A stretch of 64,000 nucleotides of DNA from Candidatus Kaiserbacteria bacterium RIFCSPHIGHO2_02_FULL_49_34 (GCA_001781205.1 MFLE01000025.1:87300-151299); one strand, 5' to 3'. Counted from the stretch's first letter, positions 31,935-41,938 are shown. Translations and numbers: made by a program. The notes: a model not told the origin generated them from the letters alone.

Positions 31935-32798
31935 ATGCAATTACAAAACAAAACCCGCAGTATCGGCGCGCTTATACTCTTTATCCTCATACTCGCAGGA
32001 TCATCATTCCTGTATGTCAAAAAAACAACAGCACGCCTACTGGACAAACACCTCTCCGAGCAATTGCATCTTGTCGCAGCCATGAAAGCTGACCATGTTG
32101 CGCTCCTTCTCCAAGGCGCACGAGACAGAGTTATCGACTTTAGCTCCGACGGAAAAATAAAAGACACACTCCATGCACTGCACGAACATCGTGACGAAGC
32201 CGTTACCACGCATACACTTATCGACCATCTCCGTAAAAATAAGCTTCCCATTGATACAAGTTTTTACGAAGTATATGCGCTCGACATCGCTGGCACCGTC
32301 GTCGCTTCAACAAATATGAACAACGTTGGCATAAGTCTTGCGCACGACACGATATACAGCATAGGAAAAGAAAAGCCGTATGTAAAAAATATTGCATACG
32401 ACAGCAGCGCACAGGTCACGTACTTCAATGTGTCTGCACCCGTCATACACGAGGAGGCAGGTTTTGTAGGGGTCATTGCCATCAAAATGCTCCCCGACCG
32501 CGTGAATGCGCTTATGCTCCAGCAGCAGTCAGACGACGTAACCGAGTCCTATATTATCAACAATGAACGCTATTTGGTAACTCCTTCAGCATACCTTGGC
32601 GGCGAGAATAAAGGAGTACTCACACAAATCGTCGAAACTAAAAATGCATTCAACTGCATACAAGATATTGCAAAAGCGAAGCAGAATCGAACACCTATCG
32701 AAAGCGTCTACACCAACTACGCCGGAAAAAAGACCCTCGGCCTCTACGCTATTATAGAAGAGCTCCAGTGGTGCATCATTGTTGAAAAAGAGTTATAA
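31935..32798 (+). CDS. Single-TM protein with a dCache-like domain and no output domain
   Basis: N-terminal TM; YEVYALDIAGTVVAST, VSAPV, ESYIIN and NYAGK..LG; ends at WCIIVEKEL. Confidence 0.75.
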   Translation: MQLQNKTRSIGALILFILILAGSSFLYVKKTTARLLDKHLSEQLHLVAAMKADHVALLLQGARDRVIDFSSDGKIKDTLHALHEHRDEAVTTHTLIDHLRKNKLPIDTSFYEVYALDIAGTVVASTNMNNVGISLAHDTIYSIGKEKPYVKNIAYDSSAQVTYFNVSAPVIHEEAGFVGVIAIKMLPDRVNALMLQQQSDDVTESYIINNERYLVTPSAYLGGENKGVLTQIVETKNAFNCIQDIAKAKQNRTPIESVYTNYAGKKTLGLYAIIEELQWCIIVEKEL

Positions 32799-32884
32799 CG
32801 CTTCGTTCGACAAGCTACGACACTCACTCATTTGAAAGATAAAAAAACGAGGTCATAGTGACCTCGTGTAATACATATCATGAA

Positions 32885-33562
32885 CTACGTACTGATAAGT
32901 TTCTTTTCAGCACGAGTGATATCTTCTGGATAGCCAATAGGAATCCAGCCATGCTCTTCAACAACGGCAATCGGGAATTCCTGTGCATAACGCTCGATGA
33001 CTTCGGTGAGATAGTACTCCCCTTTAATCGGACGCTCTGGCTCAAAGAGAAAAATGCGGTCATCGAGCACCATCACTCCCGACGAGACGAGGTTCGACGG
33101 CGGATGCGATGGTTTCTCAACAATTTCTGCAAGCGTGCCATCGGGGTTCCGTACCACGACACCAAAACGTTCTGGTGTGTTGGAGCTCGCCGTAAGGATT
33201 GCTCGACGATACGACACTGCGCGCGAAATATCTTCGCTCGCATGCAGGTCGTCTGCAAACAGAAAGAGGAAGCGACCACGCAGTAGCGAACGACATAGCC
33301 ACAATGCTTTTGCGGTGCCGTTTTGTTCCTCTTGCTGCACATAGGTGACGGGGCGCCCGTGAAAAACTTCGCCACAGTACGCCTCGATTTGTTCACCCAT
33401 GTGCCCATGTACGATGATAAGTTCATCCACCGCACTCGGCAGCGCTTCCACGATATGGTCGAGAAGGGCCTTCCCTGCAAGCTGCACCAGCGGCTTCGGC
33501 ACATGTTCCGTAAGGGGCATGAGCCGCGTGCCTTTTCCTGCCGCAAGAATAACACATTTCAT
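32885..33562 (-). CDS. Sugar-phosphate nucleotidyltransferase (GlmU N-terminal-like)
   Basis: ILAAGKGTRL.PLT..VPKPL and IVEKP; GAGGAG SD. Confidence 0.9.
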   Translation of the reverse strand: MKCVILAAGKGTRLMPLTEHVPKPLVQLAGKALLDHIVEALPSAVDELIIVHGHMGEQIEAYCGEVFHGRPVTYVQQEEQNGTAKALWLCRSLLRGRFLFLFADDLHASEDISRAVSYRRAILTASSNTPERFGVVVRNPDGTLAEIVEKPSHPPSNLVSSGVMVLDDRIFLFEPERPIKGEYYLTEVIERYAQEFPIAVVEEHGWIPIGYPEDITRAEKKLIST

Positions 33563-33769
33563 AGCAGTCTCCTCAAGAAATACATCAAAAATAACAACCC
33601 GTGCCACTATGCCATATTAGCAAGAAACGTCAAGGAATACGTATTGGCACGTGCCTGACTATTGACAATAGTGATATAATGTGTAACAATATATGCGTCA
33701 TCAATTGGTGATATTTGATCCTTTCAGCATTCATTTTACGAGGTTCGCCTCATTTCAAGGAGTGTTCCC

Positions 33770-34675
33770 ATGAGCAAGAAGCAACAGACTGGTTCGAAGG
33801 GCAAACAAGGTGGCGGCAAACAACACGCCGTCACTATGGGCTCGGTGACGGAAAACATCGCCAACAGCGAAGCAGGCCGTGCGCGCAAGCGTGCGGAAAA
33901 CAAAGCTCGCCAAGCAGCCAACGCCAAACGGCGCGAAGACGCTATCGAGAAAATGCGGACACAGGCCTTGGAGGAGGAAGCTCGTCTGCGCGCCAAGCAA
34001 ATCACCGACCGGGTGAACATCGCCCTCGACTGCGAAAAAATCTTCGCTGGCGTTGAGGGACACTACAACCTCTTCGGTCTCTCGGTGAACATTCACCCGC
34101 ACCCCACCGCTCCGAGCTCCATCATGGTCCTTGAGCTGGTGAACGCCCTGCCCGAAACAGGGATTCTGGACGTTGCCCGTCCGGGCACGTACATCCCCAT
34201 CCATGCACTGCGGATGAACCCGCATCGTGTGGAGTGGCGCCATCAGGACGTGCAGGCGATTGCGAAACATTTCCATGCAAACGCGTTCGGCTCCATTGCC
34301 ATCGAGCTCCGCCGCCAACATTTCGTGGAGCAATCCGCGGAGCGCAAGGCGCAAGAGCGTAAGCAAACGCCTACTCAGACTGCTGTGAAGCAGACTGTTG
34401 AGAAAGAGGTAACGCATTCGTTCAACGAACGCCTCCTCACCGCACGCGGACTCTGGATGATGTCCGACGGCGTTATCATCGCCACCTGGGACAACCCGCG
34501 TGGCGCACACTGCGCTGGCGTACGGTCTGCCCCAAAAGGGCATGCACTCGCAGGCTACACCCTGTTCATCAAAACAGCCCATCTCGGGCTTGAGGAGAAC
34601 GGCATGCAAGGCCACGAGCTGCGTGAATACCTGCGTGAACACCTCGCTGAAATTTCTGAAACCGCGGTTGCGTAA
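33770..34675 (+). CDS. Hypothetical protein with a basic coiled-coil N-terminus
   Basis: AAGGAG SD, own promoter and a terminator near 34697-34729. Confidence 0.7.
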   Translation: MSKKQQTGSKGKQGGGKQHAVTMGSVTENIANSEAGRARKRAENKARQAANAKRREDAIEKMRTQALEEEARLRAKQITDRVNIALDCEKIFAGVEGHYNLFGLSVNIHPHPTAPSSIMVLELVNALPETGILDVARPGTYIPIHALRMNPHRVEWRHQDVQAIAKHFHANAFGSIAIELRRQHFVEQSAERKAQERKQTPTQTAVKQTVEKEVTHSFNERLLTARGLWMMSDGVIIATWDNPRGAHCAGVRSAPKGHALAGYTLFIKTAHLGLEENGMQGHELREYLREHLAEISETAVA

Positions 34676-34789
34676 CAACGCATCGTGGAAGTAAGAACAG
34701 AGCGGAACTTCGGTTTCGCTCTTTTTTTTGTCTACAATTCTATGTTACACTTGACAGAGACATGCAAGACATGCATAACCTCATGCATT

Positions 34790-35131
34790 ATGGCAACACA
34801 TATTGAAATAGAAGTTCTCAAAAAGAAACTTGATAGCGGCGAAAAAATATTTCTCATCGACACTCTTGCCGCAGAAAGTTATGAAATGTATCACATCAAG
34901 GGCGCTGTCAGCGTTCCGTATGGAGAAGACTTCATCGCACAGTTCGAAGCAAAAGTAGGCGCACCAAAAGATGCGGAAATAATCACCTACTGCGCATCGC
35001 ACTCATGCCAGCTCTCCTCGCTCGCCGCAAACGCGCTCGAAGCCGCTGGCTACACAAACGTCGGCCACTACGCCGACGGTCTCGCCGAATGGCGCGCCAC
35101 TGGCTACCCTACCGAAGGCGAACGTGCCTAA
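34790..35131 (+). CDS. Rhodanese-like domain protein
   Basis: HIKGAVSVP, YCASHSC and GLAEW. Confidence 0.9.
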   Translation: MATHIEIEVLKKKLDSGEKIFLIDTLAAESYEMYHIKGAVSVPYGEDFIAQFEAKVGAPKDAEIITYCASHSCQLSSLAANALEAAGYTNVGHYADGLAEWRATGYPTEGERA

Positions 35132-35164
35132 CAAAAAACTCTCACCTGTTTCGTGAGAGTTTTT

Positions 35165-35623
35165 CTAAGCGACAGTAAATGCACTGAGTGCCTCGCGTTG
35201 CACATCCTCTACATGTATCGTTGGACGACCAGCTTTGATGATCTCGAGCGCTTCGTCAACGCTTTTGCCGTGCGCTCGCATGAGGTACGCCGCAACCAAC
35301 GTCGGTGCGCGGCCGTGTCCGTTTTTGCAATGCACATACACCTTTTTGCCGAGCGCAACCAGTTTTGCAAGTACTGTTACACCAAAATCAAGCTGTTCTT
35401 GCGTCGGTGCGGTGTGGTTCACAATCGGTATCCATGTGTAGAAGTCTACACCAAACGGCATGTCAATATGATTCTCCTCAAGTGAGATATCCGCCCGTAT
35501 CCCCTCCTCTTGCAACATCGCATCAAAATGCGTCACACAACACTGATTCGTTCCAATATAAATCCCGTCAGTAATATAATTATACTCAAGCACAGGAACC
35601 CCTGCATGCATATCGTCAGCCAT
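35165..35623 (-). CDS. Dual-specificity protein phosphatase family protein
   Basis: CX5R active site VHCKNGHGRAPT. Confidence 0.9.
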   Translation of the reverse strand: MADDMHAGVPVLEYNYITDGIYIGTNQCCVTHFDAMLQEEGIRADISLEENHIDMPFGVDFYTWIPIVNHTAPTQEQLDFGVTVLAKLVALGKKVYVHCKNGHGRAPTLVAAYLMRAHGKSVDEALEIIKAGRPTIHVEDVQREALSAFTVA

Positions 35624-35821
35624 AGAAAAATAATTACAAAATAATCCCCTCGACACACTCGGCGTTCTAAAAAAGTATACCATCACTCTCAAAAACCCCT
35701 GCGTCTAAGCAACAAGGTGCAAATGTCACGTGCAAAGCCACCGCAGATATTCCCTTGTTAATTTCTGCTGTTGTGCTAGCATCCCTAGTGAACATTGTAC
35801 TTTGCACAAAGGAGACCTATC

Positions 35822-36235
35822 GTGAACGATATCGAAAAAGCACGGCAGGCACGCCGCCTGCGCGACATCGAAGATTCCCTGGCGAGTCTTCCCAATACCA
35901 ACTTTTCCGCACTGCAGCTGCCCCAATGCACCATGGTGCAAGAATGGCTCACCTGGTGCGGACTTCCGTGGTATGGAATCAACCTCATGCTCCATGAACT
36001 CTCGCCAACCCGAGAGCAAATGGAAGCATTGAAGCCTCAGCTCGAAAATCTCCATGCACTCACCCTTGGCTACGTTGCACACCATTGCAAACTGTACGGT
36101 ATCGAGAAAATCGACGACCTCCCCACAAACGAACGCATCTTCTTCACCAAAGAACTCTGCGCTTTCATCGGACGGCACGACCATTTCCGTACCCCCGAAG
36201 AGCTCGAGCAAGCATTCGCAAGCCTCGGCACCTAG
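35822..36235 (+). CDS. Hypothetical protein
   Basis: AAGGAG SD before GTG 35822; hairpin at 36246-36277. Confidence 0.6.
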   Translation: MNDIEKARQARRLRDIEDSLASLPNTNFSALQLPQCTMVQEWLTWCGLPWYGINLMLHELSPTREQMEALKPQLENLHALTLGYVAHHCKLYGIEKIDDLPTNERIFFTKELCAFIGRHDHFRTPEELEQAFASLGT

Positions 36236-36445
36236 CCGCACAACCAAAACGTCACATCCAAGAGATGTGACGTTTTTCTATGTTTCAAAATTCATGCGTG
36301 ATATCCACATATATATTCTTCCGCCTTATCTTTCGGTACGACAAGCACGAAGCCATCCACATAATTTGTTTTTCCCATAGGTATAGTATTTATTTATTTT
36401 GCTCTCTTGTTAATTTCTGCACCGCCCTGCTGAACCTGATGCGAG

Positions 36446-37882
36446 CTACGGCACGTAGATATTTTTAAATTGCCAGGGGTCATCGAGGTCGCGGTCGCCG
36501 CGAGGAACAATGCTCGTGTCGAGATGTGCGAGCGGCGTCCAATCCGTGTAGACTTTTTTAATCGTACCGAGATACGGAGCAGCGATTGCAAGCGCACGAA
36601 CATGGTCAACATCATCTGCCTCAATAATCCCCTCATGCGGATGCTCAATAATCCACACCATGCCCGCAAGAATGCCTGCCGCGACCTGTAGCGAGGTTGC
36701 GTTTACCTGCATGCCTACTTTGCGCGCTTCTTCAATGGTGAGCGATGTTCCTATCCAATACGCATTCTTTGCATGGCCCGCAATAAGTACACCGAGCTCG
36801 TCGGTGCCTCCGTCGGACACAATGTCATCAATAAGGAGTTCTGTTTCCCTTGGTCGCTCAAAGTTCGAAGCAACAACCTCACGCAAAGACGCCAGCGCAT
36901 CATCCGCAGGATAGTACACATAATGACACGTCGGCCGATACACAACTTCGCCCGCATCATTACGCACCGTATAGTAATCCGCAAAGGCAAGCGTCTCGTT
37001 ATGTGAAATCACCATGCCAAGCAAAGGGCCGGTAAGAGGCACCCATGAGCGCGCTTGTACCGTGCAACCCGGTCGCAGAATACCTATCGCAGAACCCGTT
37101 CCCGTGTCGTGGAGTTTCGCATCCTTCGGTAATTCTTTTTCATGAGTACCCCAGCCGACTTCTGCAGGTAGTACCGCCTCCCCATAAAGACCCTCAGGCG
37201 ACCACGTGTTACGGAATACTCCTTTTGTACGAGATGTTACGCTCCGCTGTGTGTCTCGCTCAGAAACATGCACAACTTTCACCTGTAGCATCTCTGCAAG
37301 CGCCGCCCATTCTTCTCGGGTATGAGGATTCGCGGGAACCCCCGTGTCGCGCGCAATATCAAGAAGCCCCGCTTTCAGAAAGTAGGAAACAAGCCCGGGG
37401 TTTGCACCATTTGCAATAAATGCTGTGGAGCGCCGCGATGCATCGTTCGAATCAAGCGAACGAACACGCATACGATTATAGTAATCACACCGTGCGCGAT
37501 AATCACCCTTCTCGCCATGCACAACACCCGGCCATTCCTCAAGGCTGGCGTCCATGTAGCATATGCCGTGGCTCAAACAATACGCGATAAGATCATACGA
37601 AGAAATCCCCGCCGTCAGATGCAGCAAAATATCACCTTCACCAAGCTGATCGTCGAGTATCTGCTGGTAATTTTCCGGTGTCACCGTCGCTGTAATAGTC
37701 TGCACACCAAGCTCTTTCTGTAGTGCCGCATCAATCGGATTTCTCGTGAGCACCGTAACACGCCCAGGCGACACCGCAATATGACGCAAAATAAGTAGCA
37801 GCGCCGCCCGCGCCACCGACCCATACCCAATAATAAGCACCCTTCCCTCAAACGACGCATACATAGAATACCGCTCATCCAT
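36446..37882 (-). CDS. hss: Homospermidine synthase
   Basis: Rossmann IIGYGSV, GANPGLVS, SERDTQ, NTWS.EG and NATSLQV; ends WQFKN. Confidence 0.92.
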   Translation of the reverse strand: MDERYSMYASFEGRVLIIGYGSVARAALLLILRHIAVSPGRVTVLTRNPIDAALQKELGVQTITATVTPENYQQILDDQLGEGDILLHLTAGISSYDLIAYCLSHGICYMDASLEEWPGVVHGEKGDYRARCDYYNRMRVRSLDSNDASRRSTAFIANGANPGLVSYFLKAGLLDIARDTGVPANPHTREEWAALAEMLQVKVVHVSERDTQRSVTSRTKGVFRNTWSPEGLYGEAVLPAEVGWGTHEKELPKDAKLHDTGTGSAIGILRPGCTVQARSWVPLTGPLLGMVISHNETLAFADYYTVRNDAGEVVYRPTCHYVYYPADDALASLREVVASNFERPRETELLIDDIVSDGGTDELGVLIAGHAKNAYWIGTSLTIEEARKVGMQVNATSLQVAAGILAGMVWIIEHPHEGIIEADDVDHVRALAIAAPYLGTIKKVYTDWTPLAHLDTSIVPRGDRDLDDPWQFKNIYVP

Positions 37883-38040
37883 ACAAGATAAGAGAAAAAC
37901 AAAAAATCCAGTAAGGCGCTCCCAAACGGCACACTCCCCACCATTGTATGGTACTTTTCTGAAAATACAAAAAGAAACATAATCAAATATGTTCTCTTTT
38001 TCTCGCCAAACTTCACACAACATAACAGGGGCTTTCTAGG

Positions 38041-38068
38041 AAATGAATGTGCCAGCCCCCTATTCTTC
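38041..38068 (+). repeat. ~28-bp cassette-boundary motif, copy 1
   Basis: aaatgaatgtgccagccccctattcttc. Confidence 0.55.
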
Positions 38069-38082
38069 GTCAGATGTTCTAG

Positions 38083-38487
38083 TTAATACCATACGGACAC
38101 TCCTCCGTGGTGAGAACATGTGCCTCTACGGTTTTGACTAAAACTATATGTGCCGTCGCGGCATTTTGCTGATGCTCCGCTTGGGATTGAATCTGAATAC
38201 GCGGGAGAGTGAACTCGGTTCCCGTCTACATTTATATAATAGTTGTCATTAGAAAGACTCGAGGATTCGTACGTCTCCTTGGGTGTTACGGGAGCCGTCG
38301 GCGCAGTGACCGTACTTGGTGACTCAAGCGTCTTGACTGGCGTTGGTAGAGCGCTCGGTGCAGTTCTTGGTGATGCTGTGGACGGTGCTTGTGTGCCTGA
38401 ATCACTCAGCACATTAAAAACAATCGTTGCCGCAATAACTATCCAAAAGATTGTCCACCCCCTTTTATACCAAGGTTCGTTTTCCAC
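38083..38487 (-). CDS. DUF3761 domain protein
   Basis: YINVDG..VHSP and A.CRDGTYSFS..RRGTCSHHGGV. Confidence 0.9.
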   Translation of the reverse strand: MENEPWYKRGWTIFWIVIAATIVFNVLSDSGTQAPSTASPRTAPSALPTPVKTLESPSTVTAPTAPVTPKETYESSSLSNDNYYINVDGNRVHSPAYSDSIPSGASAKCRDGTYSFSQNRRGTCSHHGGVSVWY

Positions 38488-38558
38488 AGAAAAACGCTAG
38501 CACAATACCAATCTAAAGTAAATGTCGCATTACCAGTACACCGTAGTCATAGAATAGA

Positions 38559-38586
38559 AAATAAATGTGACTGCCCCTTTATTCTC
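38559..38586 (+). repeat. ~28-bp cassette-boundary motif, copy 2
   Basis: aaataaatgtgactgcccctttattctc. Confidence 0.55.
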
Positions 38587-38604
38587 AACATAATACAGCC
38601 TTCA

Positions 38605-40395
38605 TTAAAGACGACTGCGACGTACAAGATCAACACCTTCTAGTGCAGAGCCTGAACCTTCCGGCGGAGAAGGAATTTCTTTTTCTTCCCCCTTCCCAAA
38701 TTCATACTTGTAGAAAAATTTGCCATCATGATAATCCATGAAAATAGGCAGTAATGCTTCCTTCATTTTCTTCTTGTTTACCATTTCAGTATCCATATCT
38801 AAGAGAGGTTTCATATCGATATAAAGTAATCTGCGCACACGCTCAATCTCGATACCCAACCAATTTTGAGGACTGTCCGTTTTGGGTAAATAAAAGCCTA
38901 TCAATGCCAAATATGGTCTTATTGCAGCTGGATAATGCCTATTAATAACATTATTGCCAATTTGCTGCCATAAACGTCTTAGGAATGGTTCTCGGTATCC
39001 CTGTTTATAGGAATCCTCATAAATCATTCCATGAGTAATTTGATGAAGAGTCAGCCAGTACATGTGATCTTTTTCGTCCACATATGAAAGACTTTCAATT
39101 CCTTTATAGAGCAAAGCAGCAACTCCAGCATTGATAGTTGAATCAGAATCGAAGCTAGCCTCTGTGGTTGTTTTTTCTTTTTCAATAATACCCGTATTAA
39201 GATTTTTTTGATAATCCAAAAACGGGTAGTCATGTCCGAGAAATTGGGAAATACCATCAAGGATCCACCATTCTTCTTCCATAGCATATTCTGTATCTAC
39301 ACCTCTGCTTTTTTCTATTGAGAGCTTTCTAGCTATACCCTCAAAAGCTTTGCTAAGGTATTTAAAGCCATCGTTTATATGATTCACTGACCCCCGCCCT
39401 GTTTTAAGGTAAGTTGATATTGCTTTAGATAAAGCCTCTATCAGGACCCCGGTACTGGTCTGGCTATTCCCCCCTGCAGAATAACCAAGGGTAGGGTACC
39501 CAAACAATCTGAAATTAGTTAACAACTTAGGTGATTCAAAAACACTTCTATAAATATTTGAAGAGAGTGCTAAACCATCACGATTTCGATGCTTGTAAAA
39601 AAATGAACCCTCATCAAGAAATAGATTTCTTACTAGAGCTGGAACTCCTACGTTACATTGTCGTTGATTAACATCATACTCCTCAACCATAAAAAGAATG
39701 TGTTGTAGTGCGTCTAGTCTTTTAGTCGTGAGAATCTTTACAACAGATTCTTCACTCAAAACCACGTCTACTATCGCTCGGGCATTTTGACTTATCTCGC
39801 TACTTGGATCCTTCTCTTTTATTGATTTACAAATATCTTCAAAATTGTGTAAGAGCACCTCAAGTGCTGCGTTAGTCGATTTATCATCTGACCGAGACAC
39901 TTCTTGAATCATCACTTCGTAAAACTTTCCAGAAGTCTTTTCAGTGAATAATCCTTTCGTTCGCTTTGCAAAAAACAAAAGTGAGAGTGGTGATAATACA
40001 AATAAAATATAAGCAACTACTTCATATGCAAGTGGAGTATCGAAAGGATAACCTAGATAATTTATTGGTATTTGAGTTATCAACACTCTAGCTAAGACAA
40101 CAACCAATCCAGCTACTCCTAGGAGCCAAAATAAGTTACGTTGCCAAGTCGGACGGATCCTTAGAACAGTGTCCCAATAAGGATTACGAAGTTGGTAAAC
40201 AGTGAATATCAAACCAAACGCCGCGAGTGCCCCACCGAGGTCGAGATAACTGGGAACATTAAATAAATAACTATCACAGTATCCTTTATTTAAAAATCTA
40301 AATAAACAATGACCCTGATCTAAATAGTTTGGCTGGTCTTGGCTTATGACTGGAGCTATCCATGAGGAAAGTTGAGAGTGGTTGAATTGGTTCAT
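38605..40395 (-). CDS. AT-rich hypothetical protein, three N-terminal TM segments plus a large helical domain
   Basis: 596-aa ORF with visibly lower GC than its neighbours. Confidence 0.8.
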   Translation of the reverse strand: MNQFNHSQLSSWIAPVISQDQPNYLDQGHCLFRFLNKGYCDSYLFNVPSYLDLGGALAAFGLIFTVYQLRNPYWDTVLRIRPTWQRNLFWLLGVAGLVVVLARVLITQIPINYLGYPFDTPLAYEVVAYILFVLSPLSLLFFAKRTKGLFTEKTSGKFYEVMIQEVSRSDDKSTNAALEVLLHNFEDICKSIKEKDPSSEISQNARAIVDVVLSEESVVKILTTKRLDALQHILFMVEEYDVNQRQCNVGVPALVRNLFLDEGSFFYKHRNRDGLALSSNIYRSVFESPKLLTNFRLFGYPTLGYSAGGNSQTSTGVLIEALSKAISTYLKTGRGSVNHINDGFKYLSKAFEGIARKLSIEKSRGVDTEYAMEEEWWILDGISQFLGHDYPFLDYQKNLNTGIIEKEKTTTEASFDSDSTINAGVAALLYKGIESLSYVDEKDHMYWLTLHQITHGMIYEDSYKQGYREPFLRRLWQQIGNNVINRHYPAAIRPYLALIGFYLPKTDSPQNWLGIEIERVRRLLYIDMKPLLDMDTEMVNKKKMKEALLPIFMDYHDGKFFYKYEFGKGEEKEIPSPPEGSGSALEGVDLVRRSRL

Positions 40396-40413
40396 AAATT
40401 TAAGAGGAATTTA

Positions 40414-40442
40414 GAGGAATAAAAGGACCGGTACACTTATTT
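40414..40442 (-). repeat. ~28-bp cassette-boundary motif, copy 3 (inverted)
   Basis: Reverse complement aaataagtgtaccggtccttttattcctc. Confidence 0.55.
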
Positions 40443-40648
40443 ATTGGAGTGTGTGGTGCAATTTTTCACCACACACATCTGCTTATTGTCCTCCACCTTG
40501 TTCAAAACTCAATACTGCCATGGTATCAAAATATTGATTGTGTCGCAATGCTTTTTGTTTTGTTTTTTTGAAACTCTCAAAGACAAACCCCGAGGTTGCT
40601 CGGGGTTTGTTGCTGCCTTTGTGTCTACATGCACACACTCGTGTTACT

Positions 40649-41938
40649 TTACTGACCAAGAGTTATGAATGACTCCTCGTCTGACTTGGTTTCGTTGTTG
40701 TCGGTATCTGTTGAACTTACCATGTAGTAGTAGGTGGTGCTTGCGGTAAGTCCACTGAGACTCACGCTGTGACTCGTCGTTAGGAGCGTGCTTTCTGCGC
40801 GGAGTACGCCGTCGTCGTCAGTATTGAAACCTGATGTCGTTGCGTACCACACCACACTGTTTGCCGCTTCGTCGGTTTCCCAGACGATGGTTGCGGTTGT
40901 GGTCGCGGTATTCTCAGCATCAACACCTGAAATCTCAGGTGCTTCGGTATCAGCGAGCGTCGTAAAGGAGAATTCATTCGACACCGTATCATTGCCCGAG
41001 GTATCTTCGGAACCAACCTTAACGTAATACGTGGTGCCCGCCTCGAGGTCGGAAAGACGAATCTGATGTTCCTCAACTTCGGAACTGCTCATTCTCATCT
41101 GTACACCAGCTGTGCCGATTACAAATCCTGAGCTCGTTGCGAACCAAACGGTGCTGTCGGCGTCTTCATTGGTTTCCCAGGTGATAGTCGCGCCACTTTC
41201 CGTGATACGACGAGCCGACACGTCGCTAATCGTCAGATCGGTAACATCCTCGTCGTCGTCTTCGTCTTCATCCTCATCGTCGTCGTCGCCTTTCACCTCG
41301 TCGTCACATCTCCCTAATGTGTCGCCGTGTGCAAGGTGTGCCTGCACTGCAGGACCGCCAACAGAGATCGTGTGCTGACCAGTGCCTGTTCTGTGACATA
41401 CTTTCACACCCGTAACGCCGGGTGCGAGTGCGGTACGATCGACGTCGCCTTCGTCTTTGTTGTCTCTGATTCGCTCGAAGACATTTCTCTGCCCGCGTGC
41501 GAATCGATTCAACAGCTGGTTGATGGTCTGCCGGGTAAGCGGACCAACCTCACCAACCCGTTCAATACCAAAGCGTTCCTGCAAACGCTCGATTGCGCGA
41601 GCAGTGAGCGGGCCAAAATAGCCGGTAATGATACCTTCTGGATAAAGTTCGGGGTCGGAGGCGAGAAGCTCTTGAAGCTCTCGCACATCGTCACCCGTTG
41701 CGCCAATAGCAAGTTGACGCGTGATTTGAACGGCCTCTCTAATCTCTCCGCGGAGAGATTGTTGCTGAGCCTCAAGGTCAAGTAGTTGTTCTTGCAAGGT
41801 ATTAATTTGTTGCAAGAGTTCTGCGAGCCGTTCTGCTATTGTTTGTGTTGTATCGGTGGTTTGTGCAAAGACCGGAGAGGTCGTTACACTCAGTGCAAAA
41901 ACAATAACACTTACGCTCAATAAAAACTTATTGATCAT
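40649..41938 (-). CDS. Secreted peptidoglycan-binding protein with two FN3-like domains
   Basis: Signal peptide, coiled coil, PG-binding motif G.DVRELQ..L...TGYFGPLT..A, acidic linker, two W.T....S...H...L..L...TTYY repeats. Confidence 0.85.
   Translation of the reverse strand: MINKFLLSVSVIVFALSVTTSPVFAQTTDTTQTIAERLAELLQQINTLQEQLLDLEAQQQSLRGEIREAVQITRQLAIGATGDDVRELQELLASDPELYPEGIITGYFGPLTARAIERLQERFGIERVGEVGPLTRQTINQLLNRFARGQRNVFERIRDNKDEGDVDRTALAPGVTGVKVCHRTGTGQHTISVGGPAVQAHLAHGDTLGRCDDEVKGDDDDEDEDEDDDEDVTDLTISDVSARRITESGATITWETNEDADSTVWFATSSGFVIGTAGVQMRMSSSEVEEHQIRLSDLEAGTTYYVKVGSEDTSGNDTVSNEFSFTTLADTEAPEISGVDAENTATTTATIVWETDEAANSVVWYATTSGFNTDDDGVLRAESTLLTTSHSVSLSGLTASTTYYYMVSSTDTDNNETKSDEESFITLGQ

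Noticed and set aside
33755-34678. 307-aa minus-strand ORF
   Set aside because: It is the antisense shadow of 33770-34675, which has the promoter, SD and terminator.
38010-38090. Integron attC site after the DUF3761 gene (TAAC...GTTATGT on the minus strand)
   Set aside because: Only 4 bp of R-box complementarity, no L-box stem and no intI in the window.
41247-41292. (TCG/TCN)n low-complexity tract
   Set aside because: It encodes the Asp/Glu linker of the PG-binding protein and is not an independent repeat element.
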